Of a stretch of 64,000 bases of DNA, positions 22,133 through 31,778 are shown in pieces. Origin of the DNA: an uncultured Acidobacteriota bacterium (GTDB lineage: Bacteria > Acidobacteriota > UBA6911); the NCBI GenBank assembly GCA_963809485.1, contig CAWEJX010000020.1, positions 320,001 through 384,000 on the forward strand, read 5' to 3'. A program made the position numbers and the translations under genes. The notes below the pieces were generated by a model that saw nothing but the letters and a program-made list of their open reading frames with translations, was not told the DNA's origin and did not search any database. How positions within the stretch are numbered: the stretch's first letter is position 1; each line of letters begins with the position of its first letter.

Positions 22133-23008
22133 GTGCCCGAATCCATAGATCCGGAGACGGATCGTCTCTTTCACTCGCCAAAAGCAAAGGCCCTGAAGGA
22201 GGAGATCTGTGCCGTCGGCTGGAAACTGTGGCTGCGAAGCTACGTGGACGGCAACGGCGGCAACATCTCCTGCCGGATCGGCAAAAACGCAGTGATCTGC
22301 ACTCCAACGCTCCTGAGCAAGGCCGACCTGAAACCTGAAGATCTTTGCCTCGTGGACCTCGACGGGAATCAGCTTGCGGGCAATTTGCCGCGCACCAGCG
22401 AGGTTTTTCTTCATACCGAAATATACAAAAATGCGCCCCGGGCCCGGGCCGTGGTCCACTGCAATCCGCCGCACGCGACCGCCTATGCCATCACCGGGTG
22501 CATTCCGCCTCTGGCGGTCATTCCGGAATTCGATGTTTTTATAGGCAGCGTCGCCATCACCCCCTACGAGACTCCCGGCACAAAAAAGTTTGCCGAAACC
22601 GTCATCCCGTTCGTGCGAAACCACAACACCATCCTGCTGGGAAATCATGGAATCGTCTGCTGGGCGGATACGCCCACTCACGCCGAGTGGTATGCCGAAA
22701 ATCTCGAGACCTATTGCTGGACGCTGCTGATCAGCCGGCAGCTTGGAGTCTCATATGCCCGGATTCCCCGCGAAAAGGAACGGGATCTGCTTGCCATCAA
22801 AAAGCGCCTGGGACTTCCCGATGCTCGCTTTGACATGCCCAAAGGCTCATTATCCGCCAATTCCCAGTCATCCGGCGAAATCGCATTGTCTCCCGCTGAA
22901 TCAAACAGGTCCGGACGCTCTTCCGCCAAATCGCCCGATAAGGACCGGATAGAATCCATCATCAGATCTGCCGTCGACGCGGCGATCGCGGCAATGAGGC
23001 GCAAATAG
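22133..23008 (+). CDS. Class II aldolase/adducin family protein
   Basis: GNGGNISCR, CTPT, RTSE.FLH, VVHCNPPH, LLGNHG. Confidence 0.88.
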   Translation: MPESIDPETDRLFHSPKAKALKEEICAVGWKLWLRSYVDGNGGNISCRIGKNAVICTPTLLSKADLKPEDLCLVDLDGNQLAGNLPRTSEVFLHTEIYKNAPRARAVVHCNPPHATAYAITGCIPPLAVIPEFDVFIGSVAITPYETPGTKKFAETVIPFVRNHNTILLGNHGIVCWADTPTHAEWYAENLETYCWTLLISRQLGVSYARIPREKERDLLAIKKRLGLPDARFDMPKGSLSANSQSSGEIALSPAESNRSGRSSAKSPDKDRIESIIRSAVDAAIAAMRRK

Positions 23009-23038
23009 GATCCTCCAATGAAAGCCGCACAAAGGCCG

Positions 23039-23566
23039 CTAAATTTTTCCCAAAGCCTTGAGGACTCTGTCCGGAGTGATCGGGAAATCAAAAACCCATT
23101 TGCCGATTGCATTGTAAACGGCGCCGCAGGTAATTCCGGACATGGAGGCGCCCGCATCCTCGCCGACGCCGCACGCGCCGTAGGAAGAATACCCTAAATG
23201 GCTTTCGTTCAAGATGCAGGCAACGGCCGGATAATCGCTCACTTCCGGCAGCGTAAGAATATTAAAGGCGTTGCTTACATAGGGCCCCGTTACGTTGTCC
23301 CGGGCGATGTCCGGATCATCGTACCGGAGTATGTCCCTGACACCCTCGAGCTTCGCAGCCCTGCTCTTATCCATGCGCACGATTTTCGAATGCGCATAGG
23401 GCGAGGTCAGGATTTTCGCGTAAAGCATGCCGGGCAGATATACGTCCCGGGTATAAACTGCCTGTCCACTAACCCTGTCCCGTCCATCCTGACGGCTCAA
23501 ATGACGTTTCCCGTCGACTCCGCCTTGGGGCACTGTCCATTTCCAAGGTTGCCACTGCTCTGTCAT
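23039..23566 (-). pseudogene. Xanthine dehydrogenase/aldehyde oxidase Mo-subunit remnant with large internal in-frame deletion
   Basis: N-terminus (DGRDRVSGQAVYTRDVYLPGMLYAKILTSPYAH) joined at SDY|PAV directly to the C-terminus (GACGVGE...AVYNAIG...PITPDRVLKALG). Confidence 0.8.
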
Positions 23567-23923
23567 ACAATCCTCCGTCGCCGCAGGAACATTTACCAGT
23601 CGCCAGGGATTCAACCGAATTGCCGGCATTAGCCGGCCAGTTCAGATTCGCGCAATGCATCTCCATGCACTTCACCGGCAGGCGTGGGATAAGCCACCTA
23701 TTCGCATTACTCGCTGCCGTTGCTGGCCAGCGATTGTAGCATTCTCCGCTCGCCTGCACGCAAGTGTTTTGCCCGGGTATGCGACATGCAGGTTCGCGAG
23801 TGTCTGGGAATCCGTCAGCCCGATTGGGTGTCGCCAAAAAGCGGTTGGATGCACTCCACCGGAATTAAGACGCTGATCCTCACACTCATTCTTAGTGTTC
23901 TTCAGGGTATGCAGGTAGCTATT

Positions 23924-24355
23924 TTAGCCTGGAGTTGGCAAGCTTTGTGAGTCGCCCGGCAAAAGCGGGATTGCCGAGGCTTTTCCCACGCGGAATGAAT
24001 CCTTCACTCCGGTTGGGTTGGATTCGGGATTATGACGGGCCGGTTGCGGCGCCGGGGAGACAGGCAGAGCATCCGGCATTACGAGCCAGGCTACGAAATA
24101 GCCGATGAAAGCCGGCAAAAGAGGAACAGGCATAATTACGGCCAATACCCAGATCAGGCGGACGATCGTTGAGTCGATTTCGAAATACTCGGCTATGCCG
24201 CCGCATACGCCCGCGATCTTGCGATCCGTGGCCGACCGCCTCAGTTTTCTTGAGGCCCGCGGCGTCCCGTCGGGGGATACAGTCTGACGCATGCCGCAGA
24301 AATAGCAAAAATTTGAATAATCGGCAATCTCTCTCTGACAGTGTGTGCAAATCAT
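23924..24355 (-). CDS. Zinc-ribbon + PspC domain protein
   Basis: CTHC...FCYFCG, then KLRRSATDRKIAGVCGGIAEYF.ID.TIVR. Confidence 0.85.
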   Translation of the reverse strand: MICTHCQREIADYSNFCYFCGMRQTVSPDGTPRASRKLRRSATDRKIAGVCGGIAEYFEIDSTIVRLIWVLAVIMPVPLLPAFIGYFVAWLVMPDALPVSPAPQPARHNPESNPTGVKDSFRVGKASAIPLLPGDSQSLPTPG

Positions 24356-24640
24356 GTTCTGTCCTCCCCGGAGCGCCCAAATGTCCTTCGCTCATTCTCA
24401 TATACGACCGCGCGACCAAAAAGTTCCATCGCGCAAAAGCATGCAAGGGAATAGAATAGAAAGCAAATCCGCCGAGGCTGATTCGGCCGCTGGAGATATG
24501 GCCGCTGTGATCCGGACACCGGCAGAGCCGGCGGCCGTTGAATCGGGGCAGGTCGGCAATCGAGGGCATCGGAGCTGTCAAACTATGTTCATGTCCTAAA
24601 ACAGCCAGGAGGCTGCAAAGGTTTTTCCAAATCGCGTTTC

Positions 24641-24654
24641 TTGACCTGGATCAA
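24641..24654. promoter_or_regulatory. FNR/DNR/HcpR-type (CRP family) box upstream of qNOR
   Basis: TTGAC-CTGG-ATCAA, near match to TTGAT-N4-ATCAA, ~245 bp upstream of the NO reductase start. Confidence 0.6.
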
Positions 24655-24898
24655 GGATTTGCATTCGCCTTCGATCCAGCATGAAACCTGAATTCAGGCA
24701 GACATTGAAGCGAGTTCGATATCCACGGCTGAATGGGGAGGCGGCTGCGTTGGGGCTTCCGAAATCTGAAACTTGCGCCATACGGCAAAGCCTCCATAAG
24801 TTTGGCCGTCAAGGTTGGCGGTTTCCTCAAACAGGTGGTTTGGGAACCGGCTGACCGGAGCCTTCAGATCAGTGCAATCAGGAAGGGAGATAAACGAG

Positions 24899-27133
24899 AT
24901 GTCGACTAAGACACTAAAGACAGCGGCGATTGTCTGCTTTGTTGTGGCAATGGGAGGACTTCTCCTGGGCGGTTTTTTTGCCAACCGTGAGGCGCCGCCT
25001 TATCCCGGCCGAGTCGCAGGTCCTGATAAAGCAACGCTTTTTACCAAAGCGGATATCCTGGCCGGACAGGACATATACCAGCGTTACGGGCTGATGGATC
25101 ACGGAAGTGTCTGGGGGCACGGTTCTCAGCGCGGGATGGAGTTCTCAGCGTTGACGTTGCACAAGATTACCGAAAGGGTGCAGGAGGACTTTTCCAGCAG
25201 AGTCTACGGGCATCCGTACAACTCGCTTGCGGCCGAAGAATGCGATCTCGTGGACGTCCGGACCCGGCGCCTTATTAAGGAGAACGGCTATGATCCTGCC
25301 TCCGATACTCTTCGCCTGAGCGCAGCCCAGGCGGCTGCGCTGACGGATATCGAGGATCTTTGGGAACGGACATTCCGGGATGGCGACACTAATTATGGGT
25401 TCCTTCCAGGAACAATCCCTACTGCGGAAGATCGAAAACAAATCAGCCGTTTCTTCTTCTGGACCGCCTGGGTCGCGTCCGCTGCCCGTCCCGGAGCCGA
25501 CTTCAGCTACACGAACAATTGGCCTCCGGATCGCGCGGCGGGCAATGTTGCGACGACGCAAACCTATATATGGAGCGTCGGGGGCATCATCTCGCTGTTT
25601 GTGACTCTCGGCCTCTTTATCTTCTGGATTCACCGCGATCGGCTTTGGTATGGGAAACCCGTGGGCGTTCCGCTTGCGGAAAAGCTCGTGGATATGCCCC
25701 TGACATCGAGTCAAATCAAGGCTGCGAAATACTTTCTGGTTGTCATACTGCTGTTCCTTCTTCAGACGTCCTTTGGCGGCCTGCTCGCACACTATACGGT
25801 CCACCCGGGCAGCTTTTACATTCCCTTTATAGGGAAGCTAATTCCTTACAGCTGGGCAAAGTCCTGGCACCTGCAGCTTGCCATATTCTGGATCGCCACA
25901 ACATGGGTGGCTTCAGCCATCTATCTGGCTCCGATTATCGGGGGACGCGAGCCGCGCGGGCAAGGCGTGCTGGTTCAGCTGCTTTTCGGCGCTATCTTGG
26001 TGGTTGCGGTAGGAAGTCTCGCCGGCGAAGTTGCAGGCATCAAAGGGATGCTGGGCAACCTGTGGTTCTGGCTCGGGCACCAGGGCTGGGAATATCTCGA
26101 GTTGGGCAGGCTGTGGCAGATACTCCTTTTTATAGGGCTGCTTGCCTGGCTGTTTATTGTTTATCGTGCCGTCGGGAAACGGTCGTCCCAGACTGACGAC
26201 CCGGACTTCAGAAGCCTCATCACCTTCTATGTGCTGAGTGCCATCCTGGTTGTCGTCTTCTTTGCCTTCGGTCTGCTGTTCAGCCGCGGGTCGCATCTGA
26301 CGGTAGCCGATTACTGGCGATGGTTTGTGGTTCATATCTGGGTCGAAAGCATCTTCGAATTCTTCGGCGTCGCCGTGATCTCTGTTCTCCTGGTCGCCAT
26401 GGGTCTGGCTTCGGCCGCGGGCGCGCTTCGGGTTGCCTACTTCACAGCCGCTCTTGTGTTCCTCAGCGGAATTCTCGGTACCGCGCATCACTACTTCTGG
26501 TATGGAGGCCCTTCGCTCTGGCTGGCGATAGGATCGGTTTTTTCCAGCATGGAGCCGGTGCCATTGTTTGGACTGGTTGTGCGCGGCCTGATGGAATACA
26601 GGTCCATTAGGGAAAAGGGCGGGAGTTTTTCCTACAAATGGCCCATGTATTTTCTGGTTGCCAGTTCTTTCTGGAATTTCCTCGGAGCCGGCGTCTTCGG
26701 ATTTCTGATCAACCTTCCGATGGTCAACTATTTCGAGCACGGCACCTATCTTACGGTCAACCACGCGCATGGAGCGCTTTTCGGAGTGTACGGCATGCTG
26801 TCCATCGCGCTGCTGCTGTTTTCCTGGCGCGGCATGGTGGACCGCAAATACTGGTCGGATGGGCCGCTGAAAATCTCCTTCTGGGGATTCAACATCGGCC
26901 TGTTTATTATGACCGTGTTCACGCTGTTTCCGATTGGAATACCCCAGGCTTGGACAAGTTACAGAGAGGGGCTCTGGGTAGCCCGGGACGCGAGCTTCTT
27001 CGAGAGGCCTTTCGTGTCGATCGTCGGCCAGCTCAGGATTGTGCCCGACACGATCATTATCGTTTTGGGAGTTCTTCCGCTCGTCTATTTCCTGTTCAAG
27101 ACATACCCTCGACTGAAAAAGCAGATCCCGTAA
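24899..27133 (+). CDS. norZ: Quinol-dependent nitric oxide reductase (qNOR)
   Basis: GSVWGHG, YTNNWP, HLQLAIFWIAT, QGWEYLELGR, WFVVHIWVESIFE, GTAHHYFW, HAHGALFG. Confidence 0.93.
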   Translation: MSTKTLKTAAIVCFVVAMGGLLLGGFFANREAPPYPGRVAGPDKATLFTKADILAGQDIYQRYGLMDHGSVWGHGSQRGMEFSALTLHKITERVQEDFSSRVYGHPYNSLAAEECDLVDVRTRRLIKENGYDPASDTLRLSAAQAAALTDIEDLWERTFRDGDTNYGFLPGTIPTAEDRKQISRFFFWTAWVASAARPGADFSYTNNWPPDRAAGNVATTQTYIWSVGGIISLFVTLGLFIFWIHRDRLWYGKPVGVPLAEKLVDMPLTSSQIKAAKYFLVVILLFLLQTSFGGLLAHYTVHPGSFYIPFIGKLIPYSWAKSWHLQLAIFWIATTWVASAIYLAPIIGGREPRGQGVLVQLLFGAILVVAVGSLAGEVAGIKGMLGNLWFWLGHQGWEYLELGRLWQILLFIGLLAWLFIVYRAVGKRSSQTDDPDFRSLITFYVLSAILVVVFFAFGLLFSRGSHLTVADYWRWFVVHIWVESIFEFFGVAVISVLLVAMGLASAAGALRVAYFTAALVFLSGILGTAHHYFWYGGPSLWLAIGSVFSSMEPVPLFGLVVRGLMEYRSIREKGGSFSYKWPMYFLVASSFWNFLGAGVFGFLINLPMVNYFEHGTYLTVNHAHGALFGVYGMLSIALLLFSWRGMVDRKYWSDGPLKISFWGFNIGLFIMTVFTLFPIGIPQAWTSYREGLWVARDASFFERPFVSIVGQLRIVPDTIIIVLGVLPLVYFLFKTYPRLKKQIP

Positions 27134-27595
27134 TGGATGCGGTCGGCTGGGGCACGCTGAGGATTGACGGCAACAGGAACGGGAAATATATGGATTTTGA
27201 TCACAAAAAACATAAACTACTGGCTGGCAGCGGGGAGGCAGGCTGCAGGACCTGCCATCATTTGAGCAGGCCGAACGACGGGCCGTCCTCATGCTGCGGA
27301 TGTCACACATCCATGGAAACATCCGCGCCTATTTTCAATCACAGCTTGCATGCAAAACTTCATTCCGGGAATTCGTGCCGGGAATGCCACAATACGGGCA
27401 AGAGGCAGGGACAGGATGTGAAAGCCTGCGGTTCGTGCCATGCAGAGTATCCGAACAGCAACCAGTTTTACATGAAAGTCCGGGGATACAAGCCGGCACT
27501 GCATGGATAATGCGCGGGATGTCACTAAAATGGACCAAAGAATACGGAAAGGAAGGCTTTGCAGTTGCACTTTTTGCCATGAGAACAGGCAATAA
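27133..27595 (+). pseudogene. Degraded cytochrome c3-like multiheme protein
   Basis: CRTCH, CCGCH, CRECH, CGSCH in the ORF ending TAA 27510; CAGCH lies in frame between two TAA stops and CTFCH in a shifted frame at 27566; no signal peptide. Confidence 0.7.
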
Positions 27596-27703
27596 CGGAT
27601 ACTACCCATCGCACCCGGCGGACCGCAGCGAAGGCAGTGCCGGCTCGGCATTCGCTGATCACCTGCATGCTGCCGAGATGGCGAATTGAAAGTGAGGGAT
27701 ACG

Positions 27704-29068
27704 ATGAGAAGAAACCGCAGCCTGATTCCATTGCTGACCGTCGTCTGCCTGTTCTGGCACAGCGGGAATTTCTGTTTTTCGCAGGAATCCATCCCAAGGG
27801 CTCAGAAGGGGCTTCACAAATATGAAGCATTTGAGTCATCCGCTCAATGTGCTGTTTGCCACCAGCAGATATCGGTTCAATACCAGCAATCGGCAATGGC
27901 GAAATCGCAGGTGCTTCCCTGGGACCAGGCTGAATACTTCCAGCTTGCAATCCCCCATACCAGGATTGAAGCAAAAGTCGCTCCGGTGGAAGCCGGATGC
28001 ATCAACTGCCATGCTCCGCAAGCCTTCCTGGCTGGAGATATCCCGCCTCCGGAAGCGGGGAAAGCGGACCCGAAAGCCGATGGAGTTTCATGCGACCTTT
28101 GTCATTCCATCGTCGGGCTCGATGGCGATACTCCGGTCAACGGCAATTTTGCCGTCAAACCGGGCAAGGTCAAGTTCGGCACCAGAAAGGATGCGAAGTC
28201 TATGGGACATGAGACCCAGTACTCATCCTTTCACGAAAGCTCAAAGCTGTGCGGGACATGCCACGACGAGACCAGCCCCTATGGAGCCTGGGTCAAGGAG
28301 ACCTATAGGGAATGGAGCAGCAGCCCTTATCCAAACGCCAACGTGAATTGCGTGGATTGCCATGTCCCCCCTGCCCCCGGTAAGGCCTCAAGCATAGGGA
28401 GCGAGCGGCCTGACGTTGCCCAGCACCTGTTCCAGGGGGCTTATTCGCAGGCAATGCTGAATGGGGCGGCAACGCTGCACATTTATCCGCTCGGCAAGGA
28501 TATCCGCGCCGGAGAGCCTTTTGAAATAATGGTGGTTGTCGCCAATAATCGAGCCGGGCACCGGATACCCACAGGATCCGCGGAAGAAAGGCAGCTTTGG
28601 CTTCGTTTGGAGGCGCGCGACGCCGGCGGGAAGACCTATCATATTCCTGCGAGCCTCGCTCCGGGAGATGCACATGAAAAAAGCTACAGTGTGACCACAA
28701 ACAGGCCCGCCTATAAGGATCTTGGCGAAATCATGGGCATGAAGGGCTTTCAGGGAATTGCCAGGGACTCGCTGCCGGAGGGCGACCGCCTGTTCCGAAA
28801 GGTCTTTCTGAATCCGAAGGGAGAAGAGACAATCGCTCAATGGTATTCGGAAAAAACGGACGTTTTTGACAACAGGTTGAAGCCTTTTGTTTCCGTTGCA
28901 GAGCAATATGTTTGGAATGTGCCCGCCGCCATGGCTAAAGGAACCGTTACAATCACGGCAACGCTCAATTACCGAAGGCTTCCTCAATCTGTGGCCGACC
29001 TGGTGAAGATCGGAAATGTCCCCATTCTTCATGTCGCATCGAGCCAGACAGTCGTGGAACTGAAGTAG
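27704..29068 (+). CDS. Exported pentaheme c-type cytochrome (c552/c554-like N-terminus plus beta-rich C-terminus)
   Basis: Signal peptide; CAVCH, CINCH, CDLCH, CGTCH, CVDCH; AGH.IPTG..EERQLWL. Confidence 0.85.
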   Translation: MRRNRSLIPLLTVVCLFWHSGNFCFSQESIPRAQKGLHKYEAFESSAQCAVCHQQISVQYQQSAMAKSQVLPWDQAEYFQLAIPHTRIEAKVAPVEAGCINCHAPQAFLAGDIPPPEAGKADPKADGVSCDLCHSIVGLDGDTPVNGNFAVKPGKVKFGTRKDAKSMGHETQYSSFHESSKLCGTCHDETSPYGAWVKETYREWSSSPYPNANVNCVDCHVPPAPGKASSIGSERPDVAQHLFQGAYSQAMLNGAATLHIYPLGKDIRAGEPFEIMVVVANNRAGHRIPTGSAEERQLWLRLEARDAGGKTYHIPASLAPGDAHEKSYSVTTNRPAYKDLGEIMGMKGFQGIARDSLPEGDRLFRKVFLNPKGEETIAQWYSEKTDVFDNRLKPFVSVAEQYVWNVPAAMAKGTVTITATLNYRRLPQSVADLVKIGNVPILHVASSQTVVELK

Positions 29069-29090
29069 CCGTCATCGAAAGGAGTCTGAT

Positions 29091-30158
29091 ATGGGAATCA
29101 TGGATTTTATCAAAGGCGAACTCATCGACCTTATCGAGTGGACCGACGACTCGCGCGACACCCTTTCCTACCGCTACCCGGACGAGGACAAGGCGATCAA
29201 AAACGGCGCACAGCTGATTGTTCGCGAATCGCAGGTGGTGCAGTTCCTGTACCTGGGCCAGTTCGGCGACACCTTCGGGCCGGGCAAGCACACGCTCGTA
29301 ACCGACAACATCCCGGTGCTGACCAAGCTGAAATCCTGGAAATACGGCTTCAACTCGCCCTTCAAAGCCGATGTCTACTACATCAACACCCGGCTCTTCA
29401 CGGGGAACAAGTGGGGGACGGCGAATCCCATCATGGCCCGCGACGAGGACCTGGGCATCGTCCGCCTGCGCGCCTACGGCACCTTTGATTTCAAAATCAT
29501 CGATCCGAAGCTTTTCCTCAAGGAGGTCGCCGGCTCGGACCAGAACTTCCGCATCGACGAGTTTGCCGACACCATGCGCTCGCGCATGGTGAGCTTGTTC
29601 AGCGAGGCGCTGGCCGAATCGCACGTGCCCGTGTTCGATGTGGCCACGCGATATTCCGAGCTCGGCGAGGCGCTACTGCCCGTGATCAATCCCGTTGTGG
29701 GCACGAAGTACGGCCTCGAGATCACGAGTTTCATCGTCGAGAACGTATCGGTACCGCAGGAGGTCGAGGAATCCATCGACAAGCGCTCCGGCATGGCTGC
29801 CGTAGGGAACCTGAACGACTTCGTGAAATATCAGATGGCCCGGGGAATGGAGAGCGGCGGCGCCGGCGCCGGCGGCACAGCCGCCGAGCTGGCCGTTGGC
29901 TTCGGCATGGCGCAGCAGATGATGCAGCAGGGTCTGATGAAGCCTCAGGCGGATGCCGCCATGAAAACCGGACCGGCTCCTGCGGCTGCCGCAGCTCCAA
30001 CGGTGGACCTGCTTGCGCCCGCCGACGTGGCGAAGGTGCTCGGCGTCCCGGAATCGGATGTGATGGCAGTCATAACGTCCGGCGAACTGAAGGCAAAAAA
30101 GATCGGCGCCAGCTATCGTGTCACCCGGGCAGCGCTCGACGCGTACCTGGCGCAGTAA
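29091..30158 (+). CDS. YdjI-like SPFH domain protein with C-terminal excisionase-type HTH
   Basis: [38 protein letters not shown]; C-terminal DVAKVLGV...[14 protein letters not shown]. Confidence 0.85.
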   Translation: MGIMDFIKGELIDLIEWTDDSRDTLSYRYPDEDKAIKNGAQLIVRESQVVQFLYLGQFGDTFGPGKHTLVTDNIPVLTKLKSWKYGFNSPFKADVYYINTRLFTGNKWGTANPIMARDEDLGIVRLRAYGTFDFKIIDPKLFLKEVAGSDQNFRIDEFADTMRSRMVSLFSEALAESHVPVFDVATRYSELGEALLPVINPVVGTKYGLEITSFIVENVSVPQEVEESIDKRSGMAAVGNLNDFVKYQMARGMESGGAGAGGTAAELAVGFGMAQQMMQQGLMKPQADAAMKTGPAPAAAAAPTVDLLAPADVAKVLGVPESDVMAVITSGELKAKKIGASYRVTRAALDAYLAQ

Positions 30159-30221
30159 TGATTCCCTACTCCCCGGAGCCCGGGCGTCCTTGACGCTCCC
30201 GGCTCAGCGTTTGCGGAGGCG

Positions 30222-31319
30222 TTGGTGGCCGAAATTTCCGCCATTGAAAAGCATGCCTGCCCGGCTTGCGGCGCACAGGCCGAATGGAACCCGGCCAGGC
30301 AAATGCTGGTGTGCCCCTTTTGCGGCACCCAGTCGCCCTACAAGCTCGAGGCAGACAAGGGAAAAGTGAGGGAGCTGGATCTGGAAGAGGCGCTCCGGCA
30401 GCTCCCCAAGGAAGAAGGCGGCTGGAAGGCCGAGGGCCGGAGTGTTCAGTGCCAGAGCTGCAAGGCGGTGATGGTCTACGATGCGGCGCGCGTCGGGCAG
30501 AATTGCGAGTTTTGCGGTTCGCCGGCGCTGGTCGACTACCGGGAAATCAAGTCGCCTATCCAGCCGCAAAGCCTGCTGCCCTTCAAAATCTCCCAAAGCC
30601 AGGTGCGCGACAGCATCCATCGATGGTACGGCAGCAAGTGGTTCGCCCCGGGCGCACTGAAGTCCAAGGCGCTCGTGGACCAGCTGAAAGGCATTTATGT
30701 GCCGTACTGGACCTTCGACGCGCAGGTCCACTGCCGTTGGACCGCCGAAGCCGGCCACTACTACTATGTCAAGGAGGAATATCGCGACAACCAGGGACGG
30801 GCTCAGGTGCGCCAGGTCAGGAAGGTCCGGTGGGAGCCCGCCGCCGGCGAAATCGATCATTTCTTCGACGATGAGCCCGTGCCCGGAACCAAGGGCGTGA
30901 ATATGGACCTGCTGCGCCGGGTCGAGCCGTTTCCGACCTCGGAACTGGTACCGTACGATACCGCCTACCTCTCGGGACACGTTGTCGAACATTACCAGGT
31001 CGCCCTGGCGGAAGCTGCCCGGAGAGCCCGTGAGGCTATGGATCAGAAGCTGACGGAGCTTTGCGGCCGCCAGGTGCCGGGCGACACTTATCGCAACCTC
31101 AACATAGGCCCGAACTACTCGGACCGGACCTTTAAGCACATCCTCACACCCATCTGGCTGCTCTCGTATACTTACGGGCGGCGCACCTTCCAGGTCATCG
31201 CCAACGGTTACACCGGGGCTATTGCCGGGCAGTATCCCAAGAGCCCGTGGAAGATCGCCCTGGCGGTGCTGGCCGCGATAGCCCTTATCCTGCTGCTGGC
31301 TCTTTTGCAGAAACAGTAG
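30222..31319 (+). CDS. Multi zinc-ribbon membrane-anchored protein (usual partner of YdjI-like SPFH)
   Basis: CPACGA, CPFCG, CQSC, CEFCG; GIYVPYWTFD; NGYTGAIAG.YPKSPWKI plus TM. Confidence 0.8.
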   Translation: MVAEISAIEKHACPACGAQAEWNPARQMLVCPFCGTQSPYKLEADKGKVRELDLEEALRQLPKEEGGWKAEGRSVQCQSCKAVMVYDAARVGQNCEFCGSPALVDYREIKSPIQPQSLLPFKISQSQVRDSIHRWYGSKWFAPGALKSKALVDQLKGIYVPYWTFDAQVHCRWTAEAGHYYYVKEEYRDNQGRAQVRQVRKVRWEPAAGEIDHFFDDEPVPGTKGVNMDLLRRVEPFPTSELVPYDTAYLSGHVVEHYQVALAEAARRAREAMDQKLTELCGRQVPGDTYRNLNIGPNYSDRTFKHILTPIWLLSYTYGRRTFQVIANGYTGAIAGQYPKSPWKIALAVLAAIALILLLALLQKQ

Positions 31320-31455
31320 ACTGCCGAAAGTCGGCGGGCCTGTCCAGGGCCCAATGGGCACCCCAGGCCCGCTGTCTTCCGAAAATATCCTCCGGCAGCG
31401 CCGAAGGCCTTGCGGTGGCTGGCCCCTCAAAAGGGCCTGATTGCATCCGATAAAA

Positions 31456-31671
31456 GATGAAAGAGGTTCCACTCGCTATAGATGTTTTGGAACCGCAGAA
31501 TGTCGAATAACGGATGGTGAATCCCGAAGCGTGGCGCTGACTTCTGCGGCTCGATATTCGAAATTCGACATTCGATATTCCAGTGTTTGTCCTCCTGGTT
31601 ATTGTCCGGACCTGGGAACAAAAAAATCCAGGAATTGTCAAACTCGTACTGCCTCCCCGGCAGAGCCGGGG
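31456..31671. repeat. Dispersed non-coding element, family A copy 2
   Basis: Same orientation as, and highly similar to, 16552-16756; contains ttcga(t/a/c)a heptamer array and terminal ccccggcagagccgggg hairpin. Confidence 0.85.
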
Positions 31672-31778
31672 ATCTCCCAACGTATTCGATCGACAAAGGG
31701 TGTCATCGTCGCAGCCCGGGCGGCAGGATCCCGGCTCCGCCCTTTGCGCTGTCCTTCATTTACTGGAACAGGGTTCTT

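Noticed and set aside
27508-27528. Stop-codon readthrough (Sec/Pyl) in the cytochrome c3-like gene
   Set aside because: Both stops are TAA and a frameshift follows; decay is the simpler explanation.
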